IMG/VR virus record: IMGVR_UViG_3300011335_000228
Coordinates: 1 to 27,524 of that record
Origin: a virus
Lineage: Duplodnaviria; Caudoviricetes
DNA length: 27,524 nucleotides
Direction: 5' to 3' (one strand)
Under the pieces are notes generated by a model. That model saw only the letters and a list, made by a program, of their open reading frames with translations, made no database searches and had not been told where the DNA came from. Of the stretch, positions 18,113-26,485 are shown one piece after another. Made by a program: the position numbers and the translations under genes. The stretch's first letter is position 1. The number at the start of each line of letters is the position of its first letter.

Positions 18113-18373
18113 TTATTCTCCGCAGTGTTTACATTTGTGGTGGCTGTCGCCGTGCGAGAGCTTGACCCCCGCTAAGAGGCCAATGAAGCCGCCAATGATG
18201 GTTTGAAAAGCTGGGTGGAGCATACTGAAGATTTCTGCGTTGTCCACTTCCTTGGCCCATAGACCAAGCAGGAATGCAACCACCATGCCCAGCACAGATA
18301 GGCAAAGAGTGGCAGCCACCATTAGGGTTACAGAATAGGTCAATCTACCTACTACGTCCGGATTTTCGTTCAT
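18113..18373 (-). CDS. Small two-TM membrane protein (lysis-cassette associated)
   Basis: Two hydrophobic segments (VTLMVAATLCLSVLGMVVAFLLGLW; FQTIIGGFIGLLAGV). ATGA overlap with the upstream gene. Confidence 0.75.
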   Translation of the reverse strand: MNENPDVVGRLTYSVTLMVAATLCLSVLGMVVAFLLGLWAKEVDNAEIFSMLHPAFQTIIGGFIGLLAGVKLSHGDSHHKCKHCGE

Positions 18374-18606
18374 ACATATATGTCCAACTTGCGGTTCTGA
18401 AATATCTCCATACGCAGGCGCTCTTGAACTACCTTCTTGCAGTAAATCTCAAACCCTACATCTTGAATCTCGGTCTGCTTGCGCTTGGCTAACTCGACAA
18501 TCCTGTTTGCTTCGTGCTGTTTCTCCAGCTTGGCTTGGGCAAGATCGCGCTTGTCTGGATACCCAGACGGCTGAACAGTCGGAAATAATTTGATTGACTC
18601 GATCAT
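18370..18606 (-). CDS. Hypothetical protein (78 aa)
   Basis: ATGA overlaps at both ends, GAAAAGA upstream, fills the operon gap. Ends in KLDIYV. Confidence 0.7.
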   Translation of the reverse strand: MIESIKLFPTVQPSGYPDKRDLAQAKLEKQHEANRIVELAKRKQTEIQDVGFEIYCKKVVQERLRMEIFQNRKLDIYV

Positions 18607-18890
18607 TTCTTTTCACGTTCAAGCGCCTCTTTATACCCGTGTATTACCAAGCTTCTAAGCTGCGTGGAGTCGGAAGCACCCGCCCACTCTGCCAGATTGT
18701 TCCAGATGACTATGTATTCCGTTGACTTGCAATGCTCTGCGTTCTGATTCAGCCATGCCATCATCTCTCTGTGCCGCAGCGTTGGATCGTGAATTGTGTA
18801 GCCAATTCCATAGAACTCGCGCACATGACAGCCATTCTTGGCTACGGCTCCAACTAGCCCCAACAACAGTAACAGGAGAAGCCAGCGCAT
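18603..18890 (-). CDS. Hypothetical exported protein with signal peptide
   Basis: MRWLLLLLLLGLVGAVA N-terminus (n-region, h-region, AxA site) and two Cys in the mature part. ATGA overlap with the downstream gene. Confidence 0.7.
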   Translation of the reverse strand: MRWLLLLLLLGLVGAVAKNGCHVREFYGIGYTIHDPTLRHREMMAWLNQNAEHCKSTEYIVIWNNLAEWAGASDSTQLRSLVIHGYKEALEREKK

Positions 18891-18896
18891 ACATAG

Positions 18897-19307
18897 TTAA
18901 AAAGGTATCGCTAAAAATTCTTGCGAACCAATCCTGTTTTTGCCGCCTTGCACTTCATACATTAAGTTGTATTTGTTATTCAAAGCCCACATAACAAACC
19001 AAGACAAAACGGCAGAATCTAATTGTTTACCGGCTTCCAAAACTTCATAGTATTCAATACCATCTTGAATTTTAAAAGTTGTTATAGCATGGCATAAATC
19101 AGGGCGCATCCACATGGGAAGCTTGTCTGTAGCAAGCCAAACACACTCATAGGATGTACATGGGTCTGCTGGACGATTAGCGTAAATAGAGCATCCTTTG
19201 CCCAAAAAATGACATGGTTTGCCGGGATAAAAATCGTGTTGATGCGCCTTACCCCGCAGCGTACCTTCACAACATTTAGTGCATCCATCGCAAGTGCGTT
19301 GTGTCAT
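18897..19307 (-). CDS. CxxCxxCC cysteine-cluster protein (YkgJ-like, putative Zn/Fe-S binding)
   Basis: CDGCTKCC...PCHFL..GCSIYANRP..PC..YEC matches the YkgJ/CxxCxxCC family pattern. ATGA overlap with the cupin gene. Confidence 0.8.
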   Translation of the reverse strand: MTQRTCDGCTKCCEGTLRGKAHQHDFYPGKPCHFLGKGCSIYANRPADPCTSYECVWLATDKLPMWMRPDLCHAITTFKIQDGIEYYEVLEAGKQLDSAVLSWFVMWALNNKYNLMYEVQGGKNRIGSQEFLAIPF

Positions 19308-19612
19308 TGATCTACTTTCTGGTAGTCATTAGGTGTAAAGTTAACATTTTTAATTATGTTAAAAATACGGGTGTTGTCTTCAAGTGCCATGATTTCGTGT
19401 GGTTCACCAACTTTAAAGTCCACAATTTGACCTGCTGTAGCAATTATTTCCCAATCATGGGAGTACGCTTTGATCTTGCCACGAGCCACAATAGTAATGT
19501 GCACGTCCATCTCGGTGTGTACATGTTTGTCTAAAATATCACCAGACTTTTCAAAGTCGTAGATAGTTCCGTGAATATCACCAAGATTTTTTAGTGGTTT
19601 ATTCAATAACAT
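19304..19612 (-). CDS. Cupin-fold protein
   Basis: HxH...H (KHVHTEMDVHITIVARG) and PHEIMALED metal-binding cupin motifs. I prefer the ATG at 19612 over the GTG at 19621. Confidence 0.8.
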   Translation of the reverse strand: MLLNKPLKNLGDIHGTIYDFEKSGDILDKHVHTEMDVHITIVARGKIKAYSHDWEIIATAGQIVDFKVGEPHEIMALEDNTRIFNIIKNVNFTPNDYQKVDQ

Positions 19613-20093
19613 TTGGTGCACTTCCTGAAGTGTTGGCTGTAACTAGCGTTCCGTCCTCTAAATACCTTGGCATTGCTGGCAATTTAAGCATCGTCGGGTC
19701 GATTAAGACCCAGGCATCCAGGGCCGCTTTAAAGTCAATCCATGCCTGTTGCTCATCGCCTACGGTACTTGCAATAATCTCGTCTGCATTTTGTTTCAGC
19801 ACATTGACTGTGGCGTAGGCGCTTTCGGTCAACATGGCTATGCGCTCTTCTAACTCCTGCCCTTCAAGCGCAACCGTTGACCAAACATCTTTCACAACCC
19901 CATTTACCCATTGGTACGACACTACATTTTTTTCGAGTTTACCGGCGTTATCCGGACACGCCACTCGTTCGAAGCGAGCAAATTCTGGGGGTAAATTGTC
20001 GGGGTCTATATGTGGAAATGCCTCACGGAAGTTATCACCGAAGATTGGGTGCTGGTAAGGCTGACCGTCTCTGATCTGTATAAAAAGTTCCAT
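19599..20093 (-). CDS. Tail-fibre-associated (assembly chaperone-like) protein
   Basis: TAATG-coupled to the Gly-rich fibre gene. HP...NF..AFP..D...LPPEFARF and YQWVNGVVKDVW motifs followed by a helical region. Confidence 0.55.
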   Translation of the reverse strand: MELFIQIRDGQPYQHPIFGDNFREAFPHIDPDNLPPEFARFERVACPDNAGKLEKNVVSYQWVNGVVKDVWSTVALEGQELEERIAMLTESAYATVNVLKQNADEIIASTVGDEQQAWIDFKAALDAWVLIDPTMLKLPAMPRYLEDGTLVTANTSGSAPNVIE

Positions 20094-21160
20094 TACATAT
20101 CCGCCGTGTTAGTTGATGGGAAATATCGGGTATTGCCGGGCCAAATGATTCGGATAAATCCACCAACAGGACTACCGCCACCGTAGGTGTTGTACCCAGC
20201 GCCACCACCACCACCACCATAACTTGCGCCTGCACCGCCGTAAACACCGCTTCCTGTAACAACTGTAGTAGCCGCAGTACCACCGCCAGAACCACCGCCA
20301 CCACCACCGGCCGATGTGTTAGGTGTATATGTACCGCCTGCACCTGTACTGCCTAAACCTTGTGTGCCAATACCGCCGCCGCCTGCGCCAACCAGTTGGA
20401 ATTGACCGCCAGCGCCACCGCCACCGGCTCCACTACCAGAAGCACCAGAAGAACCGCTTACTTGTTGGTTTCCTCCCGCCCCACCTGTGTATGAGTTAAT
20501 CGTTCCAGCATATCCTGCCGCACCACCACCGCCACCCGGTCTAATAAAACTAACTTTGGTTCCGCCACTACCACCGCCGCCATTGCCGCCGTTAGCGTAA
20601 AAAGTTCCAGCTAAACCTTGACCAGCCTGCCCGGGAGTACCTGCACCGCTATAATTTCCCGGATAAGCTCTAGTTACGCGAGTGGTGGTTATATTGTTGA
20701 AATATGAATCGCTAGAACCGCCATAAGTTGTGTTGTAGTTGTTTAAAACAACTGTATAACCAACACCGGGTGTTGTAGCAAATGTATTAACGTATGCCAT
20801 GCCCCCACCGCCGCCACCCCCGCCGCCGTAGGTAATGCCAATACAGCATTGGCAGATAGAGTCTTGGCCACCACCGGGCGCACCGCCACCTAACACAAAT
20901 ACGCTGACACTTGTAACCCCCGCTGGACAAACCCAAGTGTACGAACCCGCAGTTGTGTAAATTTGCTGACCTGCTGACGTATTACTTTTACCGTAAAAAT
21001 TACTAATACTAATTTGCCCAGAAGAAACTCCCGCCAATGTACGGAAGTTGGTAGCATTGATAGAAGCAAGTGCTGTAGCAGATTGGCCTAACTCTAAATT
21101 GATTGACTGCCCTGTGGTTGAACCACCAAGACTAAGTGGGCCTGAAGTGTTCAGTGTCAT
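20093..21160 (-). CDS. Glycine-rich tail-tip adhesin / receptor-binding protein (polyglycine-rich, gp38-like architecture)
   Basis: TAAGGA SD. N-terminal SGQISISNFYGKS segment, YTTAGSYTWVCPAGVTSVSV motif, many poly-Gly runs, C-terminal GFIRIIW. Confidence 0.75.
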   Translation of the reverse strand: MTLNTSGPLSLGGSTTGQSINLELGQSATALASINATNFRTLAGVSSGQISISNFYGKSNTSAGQQIYTTAGSYTWVCPAGVTSVSVFVLGGGAPGGGQDSICQCCIGITYGGGGGGGGGMAYVNTFATTPGVGYTVVLNNYNTTYGGSSDSYFNNITTTRVTRAYPGNYSGAGTPGQAGQGLAGTFYANGGNGGGGSGGTKVSFIRPGGGGGAAGYAGTINSYTGGAGGNQQVSGSSGASGSGAGGGGAGGQFQLVGAGGGGIGTQGLGSTGAGGTYTPNTSAGGGGGGSGGGTAATTVVTGSGVYGGAGASYGGGGGGAGYNTYGGGSPVGGFIRIIWPGNTRYFPSTNTADM

Positions 21161-21169
21161 GTGTAATCC

Positions 21170-22219
21170 TTAGATTGAACCGTATGCGGTTACGTTGTTC
21201 AATGTGGTCAGATTGCCTGTGCTGTCCATTGTGGCAATTGTAGTGCTGCCGTATTTGAAAACCAAGACCCCACCAACCTCAGAGATGCTGAAGTTTGTTG
21301 TTTGGAGAAGTGTTGCTGCACCAGATGTGTTGCCTGTACCGCCGTTGCCGATGGGTAGTGTACCGGTTACGTTGGATGCTGCGTTTACAAATGTAGTTGA
21401 TGATGTACCTGTGCCACCGTTTGCAATTGGCAATGTACCTGTGACTTGGGTTGTCAAACTAACACCGGACAGCGTGCCTCCCAAAGTTAAGTTGCCCGTG
21501 GTCGTGACTGTGCCTGACAATGAAATACCGTTAACCGTACCTGTACCGCCAACAGAAGATACAGAACCACCGCCTGTACCAGCGCCAATTGCGGAACGGA
21601 AAGCGGATGCACTCAGTGCAGAAACTGTGTTGTCAGCATTGAACTGTGGAAACGTGACGGCGCTTGGATTGGTGATGGTGAACAGGTTGCTACCAAGCGT
21701 TGTTGCACCAAAGCTGGTACGCGCATCTGCTGCTGTTGTGGCATTAGACCCGCCATTGGCAATCGGTAGTACGCCTGTAACCCCAGTGGTCAAACTTACA
21801 AGACTGCCAGTAACAGATACGTAGTCTGTTCCGTTGTAATAAACAAAAGCACGTGTACCCGCACCAACTGAAACGCCCGTACCACCAGAAACTTTGAATG
21901 TTACCGAGCCGCCAGTAGCAGCGTTGTCGACCAAATACAGCTTGCTGTAGGCTGGGCCTGTAATAACTTTGGTTGTGGTCAGCGTACCGGTAACACGGAT
22001 CACCATGTATTGCGCTGTGGTTGAGCCAATATTGGATGCGCTTGAACTTCCAGTTGTGTTAGCTAGCGTAATTGCGCCGTCACCTGCAAAAGACAAAGTA
22101 CCAGCAATGGCAATATTGACGTACTCAGTAATACCGTTGTTAACTGTATCGCCCCATGTACCAGACAAGGTACCTTGCGTGGGGGTAACTAGACCTAGTT
22201 GCGTTGTGGTTGCGGCCAT
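21170..22219 (-). CDS. Tail fibre protein
   Basis: AAGGA SD. N-terminal GTWGDTVN attachment-type motif, Thr/Gly/Ser-rich, three TGxLPIxNGG repeats. Confidence 0.8.
   Translation of the reverse strand: MAATTTQLGLVTPTQGTLSGTWGDTVNNGITEYVNIAIAGTLSFAGDGAITLANTTGSSSASNIGSTTAQYMVIRVTGTLTTTKVITGPAYSKLYLVDNAATGGSVTFKVSGGTGVSVGAGTRAFVYYNGTDYVSVTGSLVSLTTGVTGVLPIANGGSNATTAADARTSFGATTLGSNLFTITNPSAVTFPQFNADNTVSALSASAFRSAIGAGTGGGSVSSVGGTGTVNGISLSGTVTTTGNLTLGGTLSGVSLTTQVTGTLPIANGGTGTSSTTFVNAASNVTGTLPIGNGGTGNTSGAATLLQTTNFSISEVGGVLVFKYGSTTIATMDSTGNLTTLNNVTAYGSI
21338..21778 (-). repeat. Three TGxLPIxNGG tail-fibre repeats
   Basis: Copies at 21749-21778, 21413-21442 and 21338-21367. Confidence 0.8.
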
Positions 22220-22221
22220 GA

Positions 22222-24741
22222 TTATCCTTCGATGAGTTTGGCGACCAGCGCCTCAAGTTTTGCAATGCGCTCTTCATGTTCAGCGTTTGCTGCTAAAGCC
22301 AAGGCACTGAGTTTTTCGTAGTCTACCGCCAATGAACCGTCTGGTCGAGTGCGAACTGCAACAGGGAACTTAGCAAGAACGTCTTGAGCAATGACACCAA
22401 AGTCAGCTTTGACAATAAAGTAGCCGTCTTCTCCGCCGTGTTCTTCAATGTACTCGGCTTTCCAATCAAACAACTTACCGCCAATCGCTGCTGCCGTAGC
22501 TGCTGCATTAGGGATATTACGTACATTCTCTTTGAATTTAATGTCAGAAGAGTAGTACGCAGTGATGTTGTTGGTAGCTCGAATCTCACCAGCCGTAGCT
22601 GAACCTGCTGTACCAACACCCAGAGAGTTCATCTGGAAGTTATTGGCTGTATTGGTTGCGTTGGCTGTAGTTGCAGTGGTGGCTGTAGTTGCAGATGTGG
22701 CAGAGGTTGCTGTAGCAGCGTTGCCTGAGATAGAGATGCCCCAAGTTCCCGTAGCGTTTGTACCGCCGGTTGAGGGCGCACCAATTGTGTTGTATGAGAT
22801 TGTTTGGGCAGCAGAACCATTGTAGGTAGTGCCTGAAACCGCGCCTGTGCCCGCACTGTTAAATGTAACGGAGTTGGTAACAGAACCCGCAGTTGTTGCT
22901 GAAGTGGCCGATGTTGCGGTTGTTGCAGAAGTAGCTGTAGAAGCGTTACCGCTCAAAGTGGCAGTAATCGTACCCGCAGAAAAGTTACCGGAGGCATCCC
23001 GCAAAACAATCGTAGAAGCCGTGTTAGCTGTAGCCGCAGTGATTGTCGCGCTGTTTGCTTGACTTGTGATTGTTCCAGCGGTGGTGGCGGATGTGGCTGT
23101 TGAGGCGTTACCTGATAACGTGGCTGTAATCGTACCAGCACTAAAGTTACCAGAGGCATCACGAGCAACGATAGCCGAGGCTGTGTTTAAGTTGGTAGCG
23201 TTAGATGTAACAGTGAATGTTGCCGCACCAGAACCGTTGTAAGTTGTGGAGCCTGACAGACCTGTACCAGATGTGGCTAAAGTCAAGGTGTTCAGGTTTG
23301 AACCCAAGGCTACACCAGAGATTGTGCCAGCCACCCAGCTAAATGCTGAACCGGTGTAGTTCAAAACGTAGTTTGTGCCGGATGCCGCAGTGATAAACGA
23401 TGTAGTTCCCGCCGCAGTTTGGTATGGAATCTGATTAGCTACGCCGCCAGCAATATTTGTGGCTGTAGTTGCACTTGTAGCTGCACCACTCAAAGTTGCT
23501 GTGATTGTCCCTGCGGAGAAGTTACCGGAAGCGTCACGAGCCACAACCTTGGAAGCTGTGTTTGCGGAAGTCGCGTCAACGGTCGCTGTTACAGCAGCAG
23601 AGCCATTAAAGCTTGTGCCAGTCAGGTATGTACCCAAGGTCAAAGCGTTAGCCACAGAACCAGCAGAACCTGCAATGTTGCCTGTTACAGCAGAGCCGTT
23701 GATTGCAATGCTAGTATTTGAAGCACTTGTAATCTGACCTTGTGTATTAACTGCAATAGTTGGCACTGTTGAAGCTGAGCCATAAGTGGCCGCAGATACG
23801 CCTGTAGTTGCAATGTTAAAAGTCGTAGCAGGGGAAAGGTTTAAACCTGTACCGGCGTAGTACGTAATCGGCGCATTGAACTGCAACCAAACTAAAGCAG
23901 TTGTGCCTACAGTAATTGGTAAAGGAGTTTGTTGAACCCAAGCTGTAGAAGCCAAAGTTCCAGAAATAACCAATACATAGTCACCTTGGTCAATTTCGTT
24001 AGTGCCAGTGCCTGATGTATCGTAGTCAGTTGCGCGGGTCAGAATAAAAGGCAAAAGAGTTGTGCCCGCTTGCGTGACAACATAAATACCGTTGTACGCC
24101 GCGTTACCGCCAATCTCATCTTTTACCAACACACGTTGGGTAGCCGTTGGAGAACCACCACCCAAAGACAAAGCACCATTGGCTACAGCCGTAATGGTTG
24201 CGCCCACACCGCTTGCGCCATTGTTATATGTGTATGCTGGGAGAGCCGCTGTAGAAGCGTAGTTGACCGGCTGGTGGTAGTTCAGCCCAGACGAGATTGA
24301 GTCGGCATACTCTTTGTTAACGATGTCTGTGGCATTGGATGGGGCTGTTGTAATCGTTCCAGATGTCAGCGCAGCAGAGGTCGCAGTGATTGCGCCAAAA
24401 GATTGCTGGGCTACAGTCCCAGAAGCGTCTTGCCAAACTGCTTTTTCAGACGGGTATGTTACAAAAACATCTTTGGAGTTGGCCGCAAAAGAAACCAACG
24501 ATCCACCGTTGCTGGAAGATAAAACGGTTGTACGGGACAGTGTAGTACCAGAAGAAGTATATGTGCCAATACCAACTTCCCAGTCACCCGTAGCTGCGTC
24601 AACAATAGCGTAATACGTAGTGTTACCGTTACCTACCGCTGAGAAAGACTGAAAGCCAGCAACTGCGCCAGCCAACGTCAACGTACCTGTACCAGCGGTT
24701 GTGGAGGTTTCTTTAACCCGATCTTTTAGTACGAGAGCCAT
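22222..24741 (-). CDS. Long tail fibre with C-terminal intramolecular chaperone (peptidase S74-like)
   Basis: TAAGGA SD. MALVLKDRVKET...WEVGIG N-terminal domain, RVLVKD...NGIYVV domain, Ala/Thr repeats, then SDIKFKEN (22525-22548), GVIAQD, VDYEKL and a terminal coiled coil. Confidence 0.9.
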   Translation of the reverse strand: MALVLKDRVKETSTTAGTGTLTLAGAVAGFQSFSAVGNGNTTYYAIVDAATGDWEVGIGTYTSSGTTLSRTTVLSSSNGGSLVSFAANSKDVFVTYPSEKAVWQDASGTVAQQSFGAITATSAALTSGTITTAPSNATDIVNKEYADSISSGLNYHQPVNYASTAALPAYTYNNGASGVGATITAVANGALSLGGGSPTATQRVLVKDEIGGNAAYNGIYVVTQAGTTLLPFILTRATDYDTSGTGTNEIDQGDYVLVISGTLASTAWVQQTPLPITVGTTALVWLQFNAPITYYAGTGLNLSPATTFNIATTGVSAATYGSASTVPTIAVNTQGQITSASNTSIAINGSAVTGNIAGSAGSVANALTLGTYLTGTSFNGSAAVTATVDATSANTASKVVARDASGNFSAGTITATLSGAATSATTATNIAGGVANQIPYQTAAGTTSFITAASGTNYVLNYTGSAFSWVAGTISGVALGSNLNTLTLATSGTGLSGSTTYNGSGAATFTVTSNATNLNTASAIVARDASGNFSAGTITATLSGNASTATSATTAGTITSQANSATITAATANTASTIVLRDASGNFSAGTITATLSGNASTATSATTATSATSATTAGSVTNSVTFNSAGTGAVSGTTYNGSAAQTISYNTIGAPSTGGTNATGTWGISISGNAATATSATSATTATTATTANATNTANNFQMNSLGVGTAGSATAGEIRATNNITAYYSSDIKFKENVRNIPNAAATAAAIGGKLFDWKAEYIEEHGGEDGYFIVKADFGVIAQDVLAKFPVAVRTRPDGSLAVDYEKLSALALAANAEHEERIAKLEALVAKLIEG
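22948..23538 (-). repeat. Three protein-identical RDASGNFSAGTITATLSG repeats
   Basis: Copies at 23485-23538, 23110-23163 and 22948-23001. Confidence 0.9.
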
Positions 24742-24750
24742 TTTGAATCC

Positions 24751-25440
24751 TTACGACGGAAGGTTAGTCCAACCGGGTGTTTGAGTGTCATCGACATTTT
24801 GCCAGTTTGCGGTCTGCGTATCAACAATACTGCCCCATACAAGTACGTTGCCAATCTGTACCGTCAACTGAATACCTGTCACGTTTGCGTTTACTGTTTT
24901 AATAGCGGAAGAAGTCGCCAAAGCCGTAGCCAATTCTGCCACGGAAGCGTTAGAAGCTATGGTTGCTACTTGTCTAGCTAGACCGGTTGCGGCTTCCGCC
25001 ACAGTCACCGTCAATAATTTCCCGCCGGTCGATGAGGCCACAGCCGCAGAAGCTTCTGCAATAGCCGCCAACACTGTAGTAATTGCAGACTGAGTGGCCG
25101 ACGCCGTAGCAGCTTCAGAAATCGTAGCCCGCATGGTGCCAACAGCCGTTTGTGTAGCCACACCACTTGCGGCTTCGGCTCTGGATGCCGTCAATGTAGA
25201 CGCAGCAAAGTTTGTTGTTGCAGCGGCGCTAGAAGCGCTAGCCTGCGTAGCCGTCATGATGTTGCCAGAACTACTGACTGTAGCTACACCAGAACCTGCT
25301 TCGCTTTGAATGCCGCCTTTGATAACACTAGGCACAGATACAGTAGCTACGCCGGAACCAGCCTCAGACAAAGAGGAGGCGAACGTTGCCCCGCCTAGAG
25401 CGGCGAATGGTGCTTGAGCAAAGGCAACATCTCCAAACAC
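24751..25440 (-). CDS. Ala/Thr-rich virion structural protein with internal repeats
   Basis: GTG start, MFG...F...PFA N-terminus, recurring (S/A)EA(G/A)(S/T)xxA units, and Trp-containing C-terminal repeats (DTQTANW, DTQTPGW). Confidence 0.7.
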   Translation of the reverse strand: MFGDVAFAQAPFAALGGATFASSLSEAGSGVATVSVPSVIKGGIQSEAGSGVATVSSSGNIMTATQASASSAAATTNFAASTLTASRAEAASGVATQTAVGTMRATISEAATASATQSAITTVLAAIAEASAAVASSTGGKLLTVTVAEAATGLARQVATIASNASVAELATALATSSAIKTVNANVTGIQLTVQIGNVLVWGSIVDTQTANWQNVDDTQTPGWTNLPS

Positions 25441-25452
25441 CGCACAGTCCGA

Positions 25453-26028
25453 TCAAGAACCGGTCAGCGAGAACGAGTAAGTAACGTTCAGCGTGTCGCC
25501 TGAGTCAACAGACTTGTTACCGCCAGTAAAGCTACCAGCAGAGAACAATGTGCCAGATGAACCAGAGGCCGCTGTACACAAGAATGCACCTGCAACCACA
25601 GTGCTGTTAACCAGCATAGCGTAAGAAACCGCTGTCGTTGTAATCACTGAAGGGTTGGCCGATGTTGATGTGCCGAAAGTCACCGCAGGACGGTTGCCTG
25701 TGTAGGCAGTACCGGGAACCAACTCAGTCCAGCCACTGTGTGAAGCCAAGGTGTTACCAGCAGCGTAGGTGGGGGAAGTTGCACCGCTGACCAAACCCAA
25801 GTAAAAAGCCGCTGTGTAGCCAGAACCCTTAAAGTAGGTGGTGTTCATGCTGACCAGACCTTCATTCACAACCAAGTTGTGGAAAGTCTCAGTCCACTTG
25901 ACTTGACCATCTGGGCCTACGCAAGTTGCGGTGAATACACCGCCAGCACCAACGCTTTCAGACGCCGTGCGGTTTGTAATCAAAGAAGCCGTGACGCTGT
26001 CTTGGGCGATAGAAATTTCGTTGCTCAT
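25453..26028 (-). CDS. Virion structural (tail-associated) protein
   Basis: TAAGGA SD. W...HNLVVNEG, YLGL, W.E...Y...R and GDTLNVTY motifs typical of phage tail-associated beta proteins. Confidence 0.7.
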   Translation of the reverse strand: MSNEISIAQDSVTASLITNRTASESVGAGGVFTATCVGPDGQVKWTETFHNLVVNEGLVSMNTTYFKGSGYTAAFYLGLVSGATSPTYAAGNTLASHSGWTELVPGTAYTGNRPAVTFGTSTSANPSVITTTAVSYAMLVNSTVVAGAFLCTAASGSSGTLFSAGSFTGGNKSVDSGDTLNVTYSFSLTGS

Positions 26029-26037
26029 AGCGAGTCC

Positions 26038-26484
26038 TTAAGAAATGCGCACAATGGCGCTGTTGGCATCGGGAGTTGGGAAGATGATTTGGAAGGTATC
26101 GTTGTTTACTGTCTTGTCCGAACCAAAGTCCAAAACCGCAACTGATTTATTGCCCTGTGTGACGTTATAAATCAAAGCTGCGCGGGCAGTAAACGTGGCA
26201 TTTGTCCAACTTGTATTGGCAAATGAAATGTACGCAGTGGGGATAGACAACGAGTTGTTACCAGAAGTTGGGTATATCGAGATAGTCAGCGTGTTACCAC
26301 CAGCCGTGTATCCAGTACCTGTCACTTCATTTGTAGTGCTGTAGATAGTTGTATCCGCGCCAAGATTTGCTGCCGCTGTATACAGTGCTACTTTAAAAGT
26401 GTTTGGCGAAGTTGGGCCAAAGTTGTGAACCGCTTGGAGCAGTTGAACTTTAAAGCTTGTGGTCGCTGTCTGAAGAATTGCCAT
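26038..26484 (-). CDS. Virion structural protein
   Basis: AAGGTG upstream. TSFK..LL...HNF...FKVALY...NEV.GTGYTAGG...VLDFGSDK pattern. Confidence 0.7.
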   Translation of the reverse strand: MAILQTATTSFKVQLLQAVHNFGPTSPNTFKVALYTAAANLGADTTIYSTTNEVTGTGYTAGGNTLTISIYPTSGNNSLSIPTAYISFANTSWTNATFTARAALIYNVTQGNKSVAVLDFGSDKTVNNDTFQIIFPTPDANSAIVRIS

Positions 26485-26485
26485 A

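Noticed and set aside
18828-18890. Lipoprotein / o-spanin call for the 95-aa signal-peptide protein
   Set aside because: The residues before the Cys are KNG, which is not a lipobox, and there is no Pro-rich o-spanin-like body.
20180-20900. GCC/ACC-rich short repeats resembling an array
   Set aside because: They are the codons of poly-Gly runs. There is no constant repeat-spacer period, so this is not a CRISPR array.
20093-24741. Diversity-generating retroelement or invertible cassette acting on the fibre genes
   Set aside because: No reverse transcriptase or invertase in the window, and no near-identical TR/VR pair or inverted crossover sites seen.
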